From: Synergistales bacterium
Lineage (GTDB): Bacteria; Synergistota; Synergistia; Synergistales; JAFGMB01
NCBI GenBank assembly: GCA_963666205.1
Contig: OY762654.1
Coordinates: 1,408,001-1,472,000 of the forward strand
Length of the DNA stretch: 64,000 bases
Direction of reading: 5' to 3'
Made by a program: the position numbers and the translations under genes. This document shows, piece by piece, positions 1 to 9,712 of this stretch. Position 1 is the first letter of the stretch; each line of letters opens with the position of its first letter. The notes under the pieces were generated by a model that was not told the origin of the DNA, did not search any database, and was given only the letters and a program-made list of their open reading frames with translations.

Positions 1-184
1 GGAAATATTTTTTTAATTCTGTTACCACAGATCATAATGTCGCAGATTTGCGGTTCGGATCCTCTGCCATCGATCACTTTTCCCCCCTGAAGTACCAGGG
101 GTCTACTTTCAACTGTTTTCATAACACACTCTCCTCTCCCTGTAATGCTTACGTCCATACTTTGCTTATTGTGCAAGATTCAGC

Positions 185-1384
185 TTATATTCCATATGCA
201 TCAAGGGCTATTCTCATAAAAGACATGAGACCGGTCTTTATACATTCCTGGTCAGCTCTGAATAATGGGCTATGGAGGGGAAAAACCTGGTTTTCTTCAG
301 ATACCCCGGATGAACACCCAAGAAGCAGAAATAAAGCGGGAACCTTTTGAGCATAAAAACTGAAATCCTCTCCAACCATTGAAGATTTATCCAATTCTAC
401 ACCTTTGATCCCGAGTTCTGACAGAACATCGAGCTCCTTCAATCCGAACCCGAAAAGGGACCGGTCGTTCTCAAGCACAGGAAACCCCTCGGCATAGCTC
501 AGTTCTCCATTACCACCGAACATTTTTGCAGTACCTTCAACGATATTCCTGATCTGTTCCTTTAACCTTTGTCTTACCCTGGAGGAAGTATTCCGAACAG
601 TACCCTGAAGCTCAGCCTCCTCGGCAATAATGTTGTACCTGCTGCCTCCCTCCATACGGCCTATGGTAACCACAGCCTCGTCAAAGGGGCTTAAACCTCT
701 GGAAATTGCCGTCTGAAGGGCCACGATAACGTGTCCCGCTATAACTATAGCATCCGTTCCAGCTTCGGGCTTTGCTGCATGGGAACTCTTTCCAGTGATC
801 TTGATACCTATCCTGTCAGAAGCTGCAAAAAGAGGCCCCGCCTTGAGACCAACTGTCCCTGTCTTGAGCTCTGGCCACAGGTGGAGACCAAAGATCGCCG
901 AACATCCCGACAATGCACCCTCTTCGATCATTCTTTTTGCCCCGCCTTCAGGGTTGTTTTCCTCAGCAGGCTGAAATATGAAGCGAACATTTACCCTCAG
1001 CCTGTCTGAAAAGGAGCAAAGGCCTTTCGCCGCCCCCGCAAGGATAGCAGTGTGAAAATCATGTCCGCAGGCATGCATGGCATTATTAACCGTAGATTTG
1101 TAGGGTAAGTCAGTTTTCTCGTTAATTGAGAGGGCATCCATATCCCCTCTGAAAGCTATGGTCGGAAGACCATCCCCAACTTTCAGGTCACATATAAGAC
1201 CTGTAGATTTACTGCACTCGTGAATTTCAAGCTTTGAATCTGCCAGAAAGGTCCTGATCTTTTCCTTTGTCTTCTGCTCCTCGTTCGAAAGCTCAGGTTC
1301 CCTGTGAATGCTCTCCTGGAGAGAACGGACATCGGAATATATAGTTTCGGTTAAATTCTTTATCCGGGCATTCAAGTCATCCAT
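185..1384 (-). CDS. M20D family amidohydrolase (aminoacylase/hippurate hydrolase-like)
   Basis: Motifs HREPELS, RGDMDAL, MHACGHD, FQPAEE, GEDFS, LHSP; AGGAGG SD upstream of ATG. Confidence 0.9.
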   Translation of the reverse strand: MDDLNARIKNLTETIYSDVRSLQESIHREPELSNEEQKTKEKIRTFLADSKLEIHECSKSTGLICDLKVGDGLPTIAFRGDMDALSINEKTDLPYKSTVNNAMHACGHDFHTAILAGAAKGLCSFSDRLRVNVRFIFQPAEENNPEGGAKRMIEEGALSGCSAIFGLHLWPELKTGTVGLKAGPLFAASDRIGIKITGKSSHAAKPEAGTDAIVIAGHVIVALQTAISRGLSPFDEAVVTIGRMEGGSRYNIIAEEAELQGTVRNTSSRVRQRLKEQIRNIVEGTAKMFGGNGELSYAEGFPVLENDRSLFGFGLKELDVLSELGIKGVELDKSSMVGEDFSFYAQKVPALFLLLGCSSGVSEENQVFPLHSPLFRADQECIKTGLMSFMRIALDAYGI

Positions 1385-1659
1385 GTAAAGACCTCCTTCT
1401 ATATTCTCGACTCACCCTTGCATTTTAATCCAAATATACCCTAAAAGGGGCCATCCATGGAGGTAAAAAGAACCAGGGATCCACTTATATTCAGCAGACA
1501 ACCCTGTTCAGAAATACCAGGAGATCAGTGATCTCAGGAGGTCTTATCGAATTTTCCCATATTTTGAGGATCAGAAAAGGACTGTTTCTCAGATTCACAT
1601 TCAGCAGGAGAATAATTGAACGATAAAACCGCATTTGCAAGGCCTGATTCCAGTTTCCG

Positions 1660-1925
1660 ATACATGTCTTTTTTATGGCTGGAAGTTGCGGACGAACCAT
1701 TAGAGGATAGAGAAAGGACCTACCCTGGGGGAAATAGTATCGCCCTTTTAAGTAACTGGAGTAAAAAGGAAAAAGCTGATGAACCTTCAGGCAGCTGGAT
1801 TGCCAGGTACTGCCTTATTAAAAAGGAACGCATTCGGGCCTGTGGAATTCCAACCATGTTGGCGGCAATTATGACCCGGTTTTTCTGAGAATATACCAGA
1901 TGTATATCGAAAAGATGCGAATTGG
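1660..1925 (+). pseudogene. Frameshifted remnant of a conserved hypothetical (possibly GIY-YIG-like) gene
   Basis: One frame reads MSFLWLEVADEP...NSIALLSN...PSGSWIARYC; after a frameshift near 1833 another frame continues SGLWNSNHVGGNYDPVFL. This matches, from memory, the C-terminus of a widespread uncharacterised family; the N-terminal part is missing. Confidence 0.5.
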
Positions 1926-2281
1926 AAATCAGAAAACTACATTACTCAAAGACAGCATTGAATACATACGGTTAAAATCAAGGTCTGACCCCATTATTGG
2001 GAATATCAAGAAAAAAAGACGGAGAAATTCCCCCCTCAATGGGGCATTTCAGAGCCGAGTCACCACAGCCATCAGGCAACTCCACTGGAAATTCCCCCCC
2101 TCAATGGATAGAAACAACCGCCTCATTAACTGGCATTTCAAGAGCCGAGTTATTGGTATTGAACCAGATAACGGACCCCATGAGCCATACCTCCGTCTTA
2201 TATTTTCTTATGCCTTTTTCAGGGCTTCGGGGGCTGCTATTATCTAAGATCTTAATAGTACCTTTTTGCACTCCAGACTAT

Positions 2282-4777
2282 CTATGACGTTTTATTGGCA
2301 TGATGCCTGGTTAAAACAGGCACGGCAGTGGGATCGAAAATCCGGTATGCCAGCAGTTTCAAACGGTCATTCACAAGGAACCATACCAGAGCATAGCTCC
2401 AAACGAACAATGCCCAGCGCCAGCCGATGGGTGTCATAAACAGCCCGTATACTGCTATTAATGTTGCAATGATCTGCGTACCAAACACAGCGCTCGACAA
2501 AATCCGAGCCGGACGTGTAGACCAGAATGGGCCGCGGGTTCGAGTGAGAAAAATAGTCAGATGTCCAGCAACCGAAAGCTTCAAATACATGAGCGACTGA
2601 ATATGTGCACGGTCGAGGTGAAAGACCCTCTCTCCAAGATAAAACAAGCCAAAGGCGGAGACAACCCCGATAACGCCAAGGACCGTAGCGACCCCTAACA
2701 CCATTCGCATATTCCATACCTCAGGCTTCTCGCTATAATGAACGTTGTCAAAGGCAATGGACAGGATGGCACCATCGTTTAGCAGCGCCAGAATTACTAT
2801 CATGACAGGTGTCAAAGGATAGAAGTTGAAGACCAGGATAGCCAATGTCATGAACAACAGCACTCGCAGTGTTTCCGCGATACGATAGATGGCATAGCTG
2901 TTCATTCGCTGGAAGATTTTTCGGCTTTCCTTTATAGCATCGACGATAACCGATAGGCCTGGCGTCATCAGTACTATTGACGCTGCTGCACGAGCTGCAT
3001 CCGTTGCTCCCGAAACAGCTATGCCGCAATCGGCCTTCTTAAGGGCAGGGGCGTCGTTCACCCCGTCACCAGTCATGCCCACAATATGCCCAAGCTTTTG
3101 CAGGACATCCACTATATGGTACTTGTGCTCGGGAAACACCTGGGCAAACCCGTCTGCATTCTGGATTGAGTCCGCGAGCTGCCCCGTTTCATGGTGCTTC
3201 GTGGTACCAAAGCTATTTGCATCGAGAATGTCGGTTCCCATGCCCAGCTTTTTTGCTGTTTCCCTGGCTATGGCTACCTGATCGCCGGTCACCATCTTGA
3301 CCTTCACTCCCATTTCCTTAGCATTTACAATGGTTTCACTGGCTTCTTCTCTCGGAGGATCAAAGAGGGGTAGTATGCCAAGGAACTGCCAGTCTCCCTT
3401 CGAGTCAGTCTGGGCCACCCCAAGGGAACGAAAGCCGCGCTCGGCAAAATCATTGATAGCGTTTTCAACATTGGACCTGATTTCCATGGAGTTCTTCGAT
3501 AAGGAAAGGATAACCTGAGGTGCTCCCTTTGTTGTCTTGAACTCGGTCCCGTCTGCACCTTTCACGGTTACTTCGGTACGCTTGTTTACAGGATCGAAGG
3601 GTTGGAAATGAAGCACCTTGTAAGAACTTACGTCCTGGGCTGTTTTAAGCCCCTCCAGTACTGCTTTGTCTATGGTATCCTCATCCTCTGCACGGGAGGC
3701 AAGTGCTGCGCAAAGAATGACCTGGTCGGCAGCGACGTGGTTAACTGTGAAAGGTTCACCCAGTGTCAGTTTGTTCTGGGTAAGAGTACCGGTCTTGTCA
3801 GAACACAGTACATCCACACCTGCCAATTCCTCAATGGCCGCCAACCGGGTTACAATGGCTTCTTTTCCGGCTAAAATTTTTGCTCCTACCGCCATCGTAA
3901 CAGAGAGGACTGTTGGCATTGCCACCGGAATTGCAGCAACCGTCAAAACCAGGGCGAATTGGAGAGTGGCAAGCATTCGATCGCCACGAAAGAGCGCAAC
4001 AGCAATTATCAGAATCACCAATATCATGGCGAGCAGGATCAGATAATTGCCGATCTTAAGCACTGCTATCTGGAAATGGCTGGAGGTATGTTCGCCCTGC
4101 ATGAGTTGAGCCGTTTTGCCGAAGAAGGTGTTCGCCCCGGTAGCATAAACCAATGCATCGGCTTCCCCCTGGCGAATGATCGAACCCGAAAACACCGCAT
4201 CGCCAAGTTTTCGTGTGACTGGTAATGACTCTCCAGTCAGTGATGATTGATCTACCTCCACAGGTGATTCTTCCAGCAAGCGTGCATCTGCCGGCACAAT
4301 GTCGCCCAGGCGAAGGCGGATAACATCGCCCGGCACCAGTTCCCTCGCCTCAAGGGTGATCCACTTTCCATCCCTTTTCACCCGGGCGTTCATTGCAAGT
4401 TTACCCTTCAAAGCCGCTATGGCGTTGCCAGCCTGATGTTCTTCCCAGAATCCGACGACGGCATTGGCAAAAAGCAACAGGAGGATGATGCCAAAGTCGG
4501 GCCAATGTCTGTCTAAGGCTGAAAGAATGACTGCCACTTCTATCATCCATGGGATGGGACCCCAAAAATAGGTGAGGAATTTCAGGAACTGGTTGGTCTT
4601 TTTTTCTTCAATCTCGTTGGCGCCATATTGGGTTAGACGTTTCTTTGCCTCGACTTGTTTTAGCCCCTCCGGCGAAGACTCTAACTTTGCCTGCAGTTCT
4701 CCCATGGAAAGATCTTTGAAATCACCTTCCACACTGGGCTTCGATCCCGAATTAGATTCTGACATCATGGATTTCAT
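2282..4777 (-). CDS. Plasma-membrane proton-efflux P-type ATPase (P3A subfamily)
   Basis: FWGPIPWMIE, TGES, AIPVAMP, CSDKTGTLT, KGAPQ, TGDGVNDAPALKKAD, TM6 LNDG; start placed at ATG 4777 behind AAAGGGGAG (ORF track starts at 4804). Confidence 0.93.
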   Translation of the reverse strand: MKSMMSESNSGSKPSVEGDFKDLSMGELQAKLESSPEGLKQVEAKKRLTQYGANEIEEKKTNQFLKFLTYFWGPIPWMIEVAVILSALDRHWPDFGIILLLLFANAVVGFWEEHQAGNAIAALKGKLAMNARVKRDGKWITLEARELVPGDVIRLRLGDIVPADARLLEESPVEVDQSSLTGESLPVTRKLGDAVFSGSIIRQGEADALVYATGANTFFGKTAQLMQGEHTSSHFQIAVLKIGNYLILLAMILVILIIAVALFRGDRMLATLQFALVLTVAAIPVAMPTVLSVTMAVGAKILAGKEAIVTRLAAIEELAGVDVLCSDKTGTLTQNKLTLGEPFTVNHVAADQVILCAALASRAEDEDTIDKAVLEGLKTAQDVSSYKVLHFQPFDPVNKRTEVTVKGADGTEFKTTKGAPQVILSLSKNSMEIRSNVENAINDFAERGFRSLGVAQTDSKGDWQFLGILPLFDPPREEASETIVNAKEMGVKVKMVTGDQVAIARETAKKLGMGTDILDANSFGTTKHHETGQLADSIQNADGFAQVFPEHKYHIVDVLQKLGHIVGMTGDGVNDAPALKKADCGIAVSGATDAARAAASIVLMTPGLSVIVDAIKESRKIFQRMNSYAIYRIAETLRVLLFMTLAILVFNFYPLTPVMIVILALLNDGAILSIAFDNVHYSEKPEVWNMRMVLGVATVLGVIGVVSAFGLFYLGERVFHLDRAHIQSLMYLKLSVAGHLTIFLTRTRGPFWSTRPARILSSAVFGTQIIATLIAVYGLFMTPIGWRWALFVWSYALVWFLVNDRLKLLAYRIFDPTAVPVLTRHHANKTS

Positions 4778-5660
4778 TGCATGAATCTCCCCTTTCTGAT
4801 GCATGGAGAGGCTTCATCAGTTGCGTAAAATGGTCATGCTAATGTCGTCTTCCAGGCATCGTATCACTTTTCCTGAAGAAAGGTTAATGTAACGGCCTAT
4901 TGCAGAAAAACCTTTTCAGCTAACTTAAATATACTTTTCGCCGCCTAAAATGTTAGATATGTAAACTCATTTTAAGAAATTTGCATTCTTCTCGTAATAA
5001 TGTTGCCAGATAGACTAGCCTTAAACCTTAAACTCCTTAGATCAGGTCCATCCTGATCATTCCTGAAACCAGAAATCTTTACTTTTATCAGATAACTCTT
5101 TCTCTATCTGAACTGGTTACGTACTATTGGTAGATTTTTCATTATATGCTTAAAGCAATACCCTGTCCATAATCTTACTGGGCACCGATTATGTCATCCG
5201 TAAATCTCGCGATTTAATAAAAACTGTCGTATCAGAAAGCAATAAACCCACCAAGATGATTAAAGTTTGCCTGAACGAAGACAGGATAGGAAACTCAAGG
5301 AAGGGGATAAGCTTTGAGCGGCTTGGGAAAGTGCTAAATAAGGAAGGAGACGTCCTCTTTCAACTTGCATTGACAGCTACCGTAAGCGGGGATTGTATCG
5401 TGCAATTCGGGTTTCTTTATAAAAAAGTGCCCGGGACAGGTTAATTTTATATTGACATTCACATTCTTTTTGAATATTAGTGCAGCTGATAAATTGGAAC
5501 TGATTAAATGCCGTAATGGAAAAAGGCATCTAATCAAGATAAGTGTGAAATACAGATGCATCCCTGACTGGAGGGAAGCTTGGCAGAAAACATATTATTC
5601 CACAAAACCGTACGCGCAAGGGCTGATCCAAATTCGTATTATACGGCTCTTTTTAGAGTC

Positions 5661-7073
5661 CTACCCCACTTTTAACATTGGCAACAGTTCGGCTATTACT
5701 TCATCGGTATTGCCGGACATGGGTACGGCGGTTAGTAGCAAGTTGATCTGTCGGGACCCTGCTCCCAGGGTTGCCTGATGACACAGGCGATCTCTGGTCT
5801 TTAAAGACTTCCAGGTATTCCAGGTACAGGGGTAAACGAGGCATGTTGTTATGGGTTTGCCTTCAAAAAGAGTTGAATAGGCCAGTACCTGGAGAAGATC
5901 GTTTCGGTGTTGTTCTTTAATGTTTTCTTCTATGGTTCCCCATGGGGATCTGCGGATTTCTTCCCAATGGTATTTGTACTTGGCGTCTAAGATTATTACC
6001 TGGTCTTCTTTTTCGATCACCAAGTCGGGGACAAGGTATTTCTGAGACCCTACAAAGGTGGGTTGCCAGGATAGGGGTGCTATGGTCTGCCTGAGTCTTC
6101 CTGTTTTGAGGATACCTCCAGTGAGAAAGGCTACTTTGTGAGCCAATGTTTCGAGCCAACCTTCGAAGAACTGTTCCATGGGCATTTCCCATGGAATCCC
6201 CTCCAGTTCTCCCAGACCTGCGAGTCCTCTTTCTTCAGTGGTCCATTGAATTGCCTGAAGTCCTTCTTTGAAAAAGCTAGTTTGCAGAGGCGTTTTTTGC
6301 CATCTATCAAATAGTAGGTGAGATGGTCTTGAAGCAGGGTATTCCGCCACCTGTTGGATGAGGGTCTGACAATACTGGATGAGCCTGAGCACCACAGATC
6401 CACCTGCAACCTGATTCTGCAGGCTGTGGAGATGTTTATTCAATGTGTAGTGAATGGCAGATTTCAGCTCTTCATTGTATTTGAGAGTTGGGTATCTGCA
6501 TGGCACCTGAAGCATTTGAAACTTGGCCACCCTTTTAATGGCATAGTCTGTCCAGTTCACCTGGCCCTTGGGACTACTAGTGTCTTCGGAGGTATAGGAA
6601 AACTTTCTCTGAAGCTGTTTGAGTAGCTGTTCAATTCTGGGTAAGAGGGTTAGAGACAGCACCCATGAGGGAATTTTCTTTTCTGATTTTGGCAACAGGG
6701 GTAAATTCAACAATTGGGGTACTATCTTCCATCCGGCAACACCCAAGACAGATCCAACCCCAGACCAGCCGAATCGAGGTTGAACGATCAGGCCAATTTC
6801 AGCTCTGCCTGTGCTTGGAGAAACCAGAGGGATAGCCCCAACGTTAGTCCCCGATGTGAGTTTGAGCACCACCTGTTTTTCTGAAAAGGAAATATCGCAT
6901 TCCACTCCAAAGTCTCGAAGAACTCCGAGATTAGCTTTTTTGAACTGATGCCCCAGGTTAGCCAGTCGAGGATTGGGGTCTCTGCCAAGATTGGCAATGG
7001 AAAGAAAGGAGGCATCAATCTCCCTGGAACTTGAATCTTTTAATTCAATTATGGAACCAGTGATATGGCTCAT
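5661..7073 (-). CDS. mcrC: McrC-like restriction nuclease subunit
   Basis: C-terminal PD-(D/E)xK motif VPDLVIE...ILDAKYK and DLLQVLAY; lies 12 nt downstream of mcrB. Confidence 0.82.
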   Translation of the reverse strand: MSHITGSIIELKDSSSREIDASFLSIANLGRDPNPRLANLGHQFKKANLGVLRDFGVECDISFSEKQVVLKLTSGTNVGAIPLVSPSTGRAEIGLIVQPRFGWSGVGSVLGVAGWKIVPQLLNLPLLPKSEKKIPSWVLSLTLLPRIEQLLKQLQRKFSYTSEDTSSPKGQVNWTDYAIKRVAKFQMLQVPCRYPTLKYNEELKSAIHYTLNKHLHSLQNQVAGGSVVLRLIQYCQTLIQQVAEYPASRPSHLLFDRWQKTPLQTSFFKEGLQAIQWTTEERGLAGLGELEGIPWEMPMEQFFEGWLETLAHKVAFLTGGILKTGRLRQTIAPLSWQPTFVGSQKYLVPDLVIEKEDQVIILDAKYKYHWEEIRRSPWGTIEENIKEQHRNDLLQVLAYSTLFEGKPITTCLVYPCTWNTWKSLKTRDRLCHQATLGAGSRQINLLLTAVPMSGNTDEVIAELLPMLKVG

Positions 7074-7085
7074 TCTTAGGCCAGA

Positions 7086-8546
7086 TTAGAGGGTGTTAAC
7101 CCACTGGATATATGCATCTACGGGACCAGCAAAACTTGAGATATAGCCCTGTTCAAGGTATTCCTCTAATAAAGGCACAAGATTCGTTCTGAGGCTTTGG
7201 GGCGTTTTTGCTTCATTATTCTCCATAAAGTATGAATGACCGGGCATAAGAGCAAAGGCTTCATCTGAGGCATATTCTACAAATATATTAACTAAGTTTT
7301 GATAAGCCTCTTTCATAAGTTTAGAACCGTGTTTTTGAACAACGGAATCTTGGGGCCAGAGTTTAGCGAAGGCAAAACGCCTACGGATTGCTATGTCCAT
7401 AATGGCTATACTGCGGTCAGCACTGTTCATGGTTCCGAGGATGTATAGGTTTTCCGGAATGGAAAGGCTCTTGCCATATTCCGATCCGAAGTCATGAGAA
7501 AGGTCCAGGCTCCTGGAAAAATCATTTTTTTCGAAAAGGAAGATGGCTTCCCCCAATACTTTTGAAAGATCTGCACGGTTTATTTCGTCAATAATCAATA
7601 GATAGGGCTCTTCTGTTTTCTGGGCTTCGGCTATAGCCTCCATCAACACTCCCGGCTTTGGAGAGAAGCTGAAACCCAAAGAAGAAGTGTCTTTCTCCGG
7701 GAAAAGGCCTCCCACAAATGTTTCATAAGTAGTATTTGGATGGAACTGAATGGTCTTTCCCCTACCTTCGAATTTCTCTTTGAGCAGTTGCAAGGCCATA
7801 TGGGTTTTTCCAGTACCTGGAGGTCCTGTTAAAACCGCGAAATGTCTGTCCAGGAGGAGATCAACCACATCTTCATTCGTAAGGTTGGGCATGAGGAATG
7901 AAAAATACTCCTGCTCAAGTTTGGCTATTTCCTTCAAAGGCTTTGCAAGGGGTTTATGACCATATTCATCAAAGTAAAGGCCCAGAAAAGTTTTAATCGC
8001 TTCATTTATAGACTGTTCATTTTCTTCTTCTGGAGGAGCAAAGAACCCGTAAATGACTTTGCCGTACCTCTTGAAAACAGAGGCATATTGAGGAAATTGA
8101 TCCATCACATTCTTAGGTATATCCATATCTATTCTCACAGGATCCTGCTTTGACCATGCAACTGCTTTACCATTGCCATATTTGCTGTTCAGCCATGAGC
8201 AAAGTGCAGATACCTTTCTTCCATGGCCTGGCCTGGAAAGAATATCTTCATCAGGACTCAGACCTTGGGTTCCCACAACCATGGAAATCAGAGCGGGGCC
8301 ATCTTCGATGGGAAAGAGAACAAAGCTCATTCCACCATAAGGACCACTATCTGGATTTGACTCATGAATTAGGGCAGTAAAGGGCACTTTTTCAATTTCA
8401 ATATTTGGTGCACGAAGGGCAACTGCTTTTTTTGCACTTTCCTTAAAAATTCCAGAATCTGAACCAAATAGAGTCTCAAAACATTCTTTGGAATTACTAC
8501 TCCAATCTGCTGAATGGGATTGTTTGACCAGATCAACAAAGTTCAT
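7086..8546 (-). CDS. mcrB: McrB-like AAA+ GTPase with an N-terminal domain of about 220 aa
   Basis: GPPGTGKT, QFHPNTTYETFVGG, IIDEINRAD, MNSADRS, RRRF; AGGAGG SD. Confidence 0.88.
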   Translation of the reverse strand: MNFVDLVKQSHSADWSSNSKECFETLFGSDSGIFKESAKKAVALRAPNIEIEKVPFTALIHESNPDSGPYGGMSFVLFPIEDGPALISMVVGTQGLSPDEDILSRPGHGRKVSALCSWLNSKYGNGKAVAWSKQDPVRIDMDIPKNVMDQFPQYASVFKRYGKVIYGFFAPPEEENEQSINEAIKTFLGLYFDEYGHKPLAKPLKEIAKLEQEYFSFLMPNLTNEDVVDLLLDRHFAVLTGPPGTGKTHMALQLLKEKFEGRGKTIQFHPNTTYETFVGGLFPEKDTSSLGFSFSPKPGVLMEAIAEAQKTEEPYLLIIDEINRADLSKVLGEAIFLFEKNDFSRSLDLSHDFGSEYGKSLSIPENLYILGTMNSADRSIAIMDIAIRRRFAFAKLWPQDSVVQKHGSKLMKEAYQNLVNIFVEYASDEAFALMPGHSYFMENNEAKTPQSLRTNLVPLLEEYLEQGYISSFAGPVDAYIQWVNTL

Positions 8547-8572
8547 GATGTTCCTCCTTAAAAACCGGATAT

Positions 8573-9541
8573 TTATATCCTCTTAAACACCCTGCCTCTA
8601 TGCCATTTGAGGCTTTCCAGGTCGGGGTTATACAGTTCTTTTTCGGGTAAGATCATTCCCCTGCCGGACAGGGCCTGGAGATGGGCCGGGAAGTTGGGAC
8701 TGGTTGAAATCTGAGGAGAGGTCACAACCTGGTATTTTCCAGACACGGTCATTAGCCCTTCGTCGAATGCCCAGTGGCATAACTTGCAGAGGGCAAGTCC
8801 GTTACGTGGGTCATCGTTGTGGGTCTCGCTCCAGGGAATGATATGGGCTGCGTCAACGGCGGTGTGTCCCTGTCCGGTCAACATGCGTATTCCGCACAAT
8901 GCACATCTGTGATCGTAGGCAGTAACAACTGCCCTTCGAAAACCCTGGTCCCTCGAAAACTGGTTCAGCCTTTGTTCTCCCCTTGGACTTGATGCTCTTT
9001 TCAGGGTCAGGAGATCTTCGCTGTATTTCAGAGCTTCATTATTTATCAGAGACTGTTCCAGCAGCTTTGTCTGAATACTGGGTGAAAAATATGTTCTTAT
9101 AAGGGCAAATCTCAGGTCATCACGGGATGATGGATCAGTCGCCAGAACTGCAAGTTCTTTATCCAGACGAGCTCCGAGAATAAGATTCTTGAGATTAGAA
9201 AGAGAACCGGGTTCCTTTGTATGGCTGAGGATCTCCTCTTTTCCCGGCTGGGGGATAAGGTGCCATAAACCTTCAGACTGGAGATGAAGAAATGGAAGTG
9301 CGATATCACCTTTGCGGTGGGGAGGCATACATAAAGACCAGTACCGGGCAAAGATTTCGCACAGGTCAGGGGTGAGTTCTATTAGTTCAGGACTGGCCAT
9401 GCCCTCCTGGATAAGGTCGAGTACGGAGAGAAGAAGGAGAGGTTTGTTGGGAGCCTTGAAAGCAGTATCTTCAGTCCAGTAATTTCTGCCGCCTGCGGTG
9501 TGGAGATGAGAGAACTTGCGGATGTAGTGTTCTTTATCTAT
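8573..9541 (-). CDS. HNH endonuclease with SBD-like N-terminal domain (putative modification-dependent type IV restriction enzyme)
   Basis: RDQGFRRAV, CALC, AAHIIPW, NGLALCKLCHWAFD. The frame stays open 47 codons upstream of ATG 9400 (…KAPNKPLLLLSVLDLIQEG) back to an ATA at 9541 preceded by GGGGGG. Confidence 0.8.
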   Translation of the reverse strand: MDKEHYIRKFSHLHTAGGRNYWTEDTAFKAPNKPLLLLSVLDLIQEGMASPELIELTPDLCEIFARYWSLCMPPHRKGDIALPFLHLQSEGLWHLIPQPGKEEILSHTKEPGSLSNLKNLILGARLDKELAVLATDPSSRDDLRFALIRTYFSPSIQTKLLEQSLINNEALKYSEDLLTLKRASSPRGEQRLNQFSRDQGFRRAVVTAYDHRCALCGIRMLTGQGHTAVDAAHIIPWSETHNDDPRNGLALCKLCHWAFDEGLMTVSGKYQVVTSPQISTSPNFPAHLQALSGRGMILPEKELYNPDLESLKWHRGRVFKRI

Positions 9542-9712
9542 CCCTGCCGCCCCCCGTTTAGTGAATACAGGATTTATTCAGGCTGATTATCTCACTACCC
9601 CGATTCATAAGCAAACCAGGCGGGGTCAGATCTGGAAATGACAGTTTTTAATCAAAAACATAACAAGAAGAACCTCTTTGACCGCAGGGGACGCTCAGGT
9701 TTCGCTGAGTAA

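Noticed and set aside
4917-4959. attC-like TCTAAC...GTTAGC on the minus strand
   Set aside because: About 41 nt, too short, with poor internal complementarity
5256-5778. Short ORFs between the ATPase and mcrC
   Set aside because: No SD or recognisable motif; could be decayed DNA but cannot be supported
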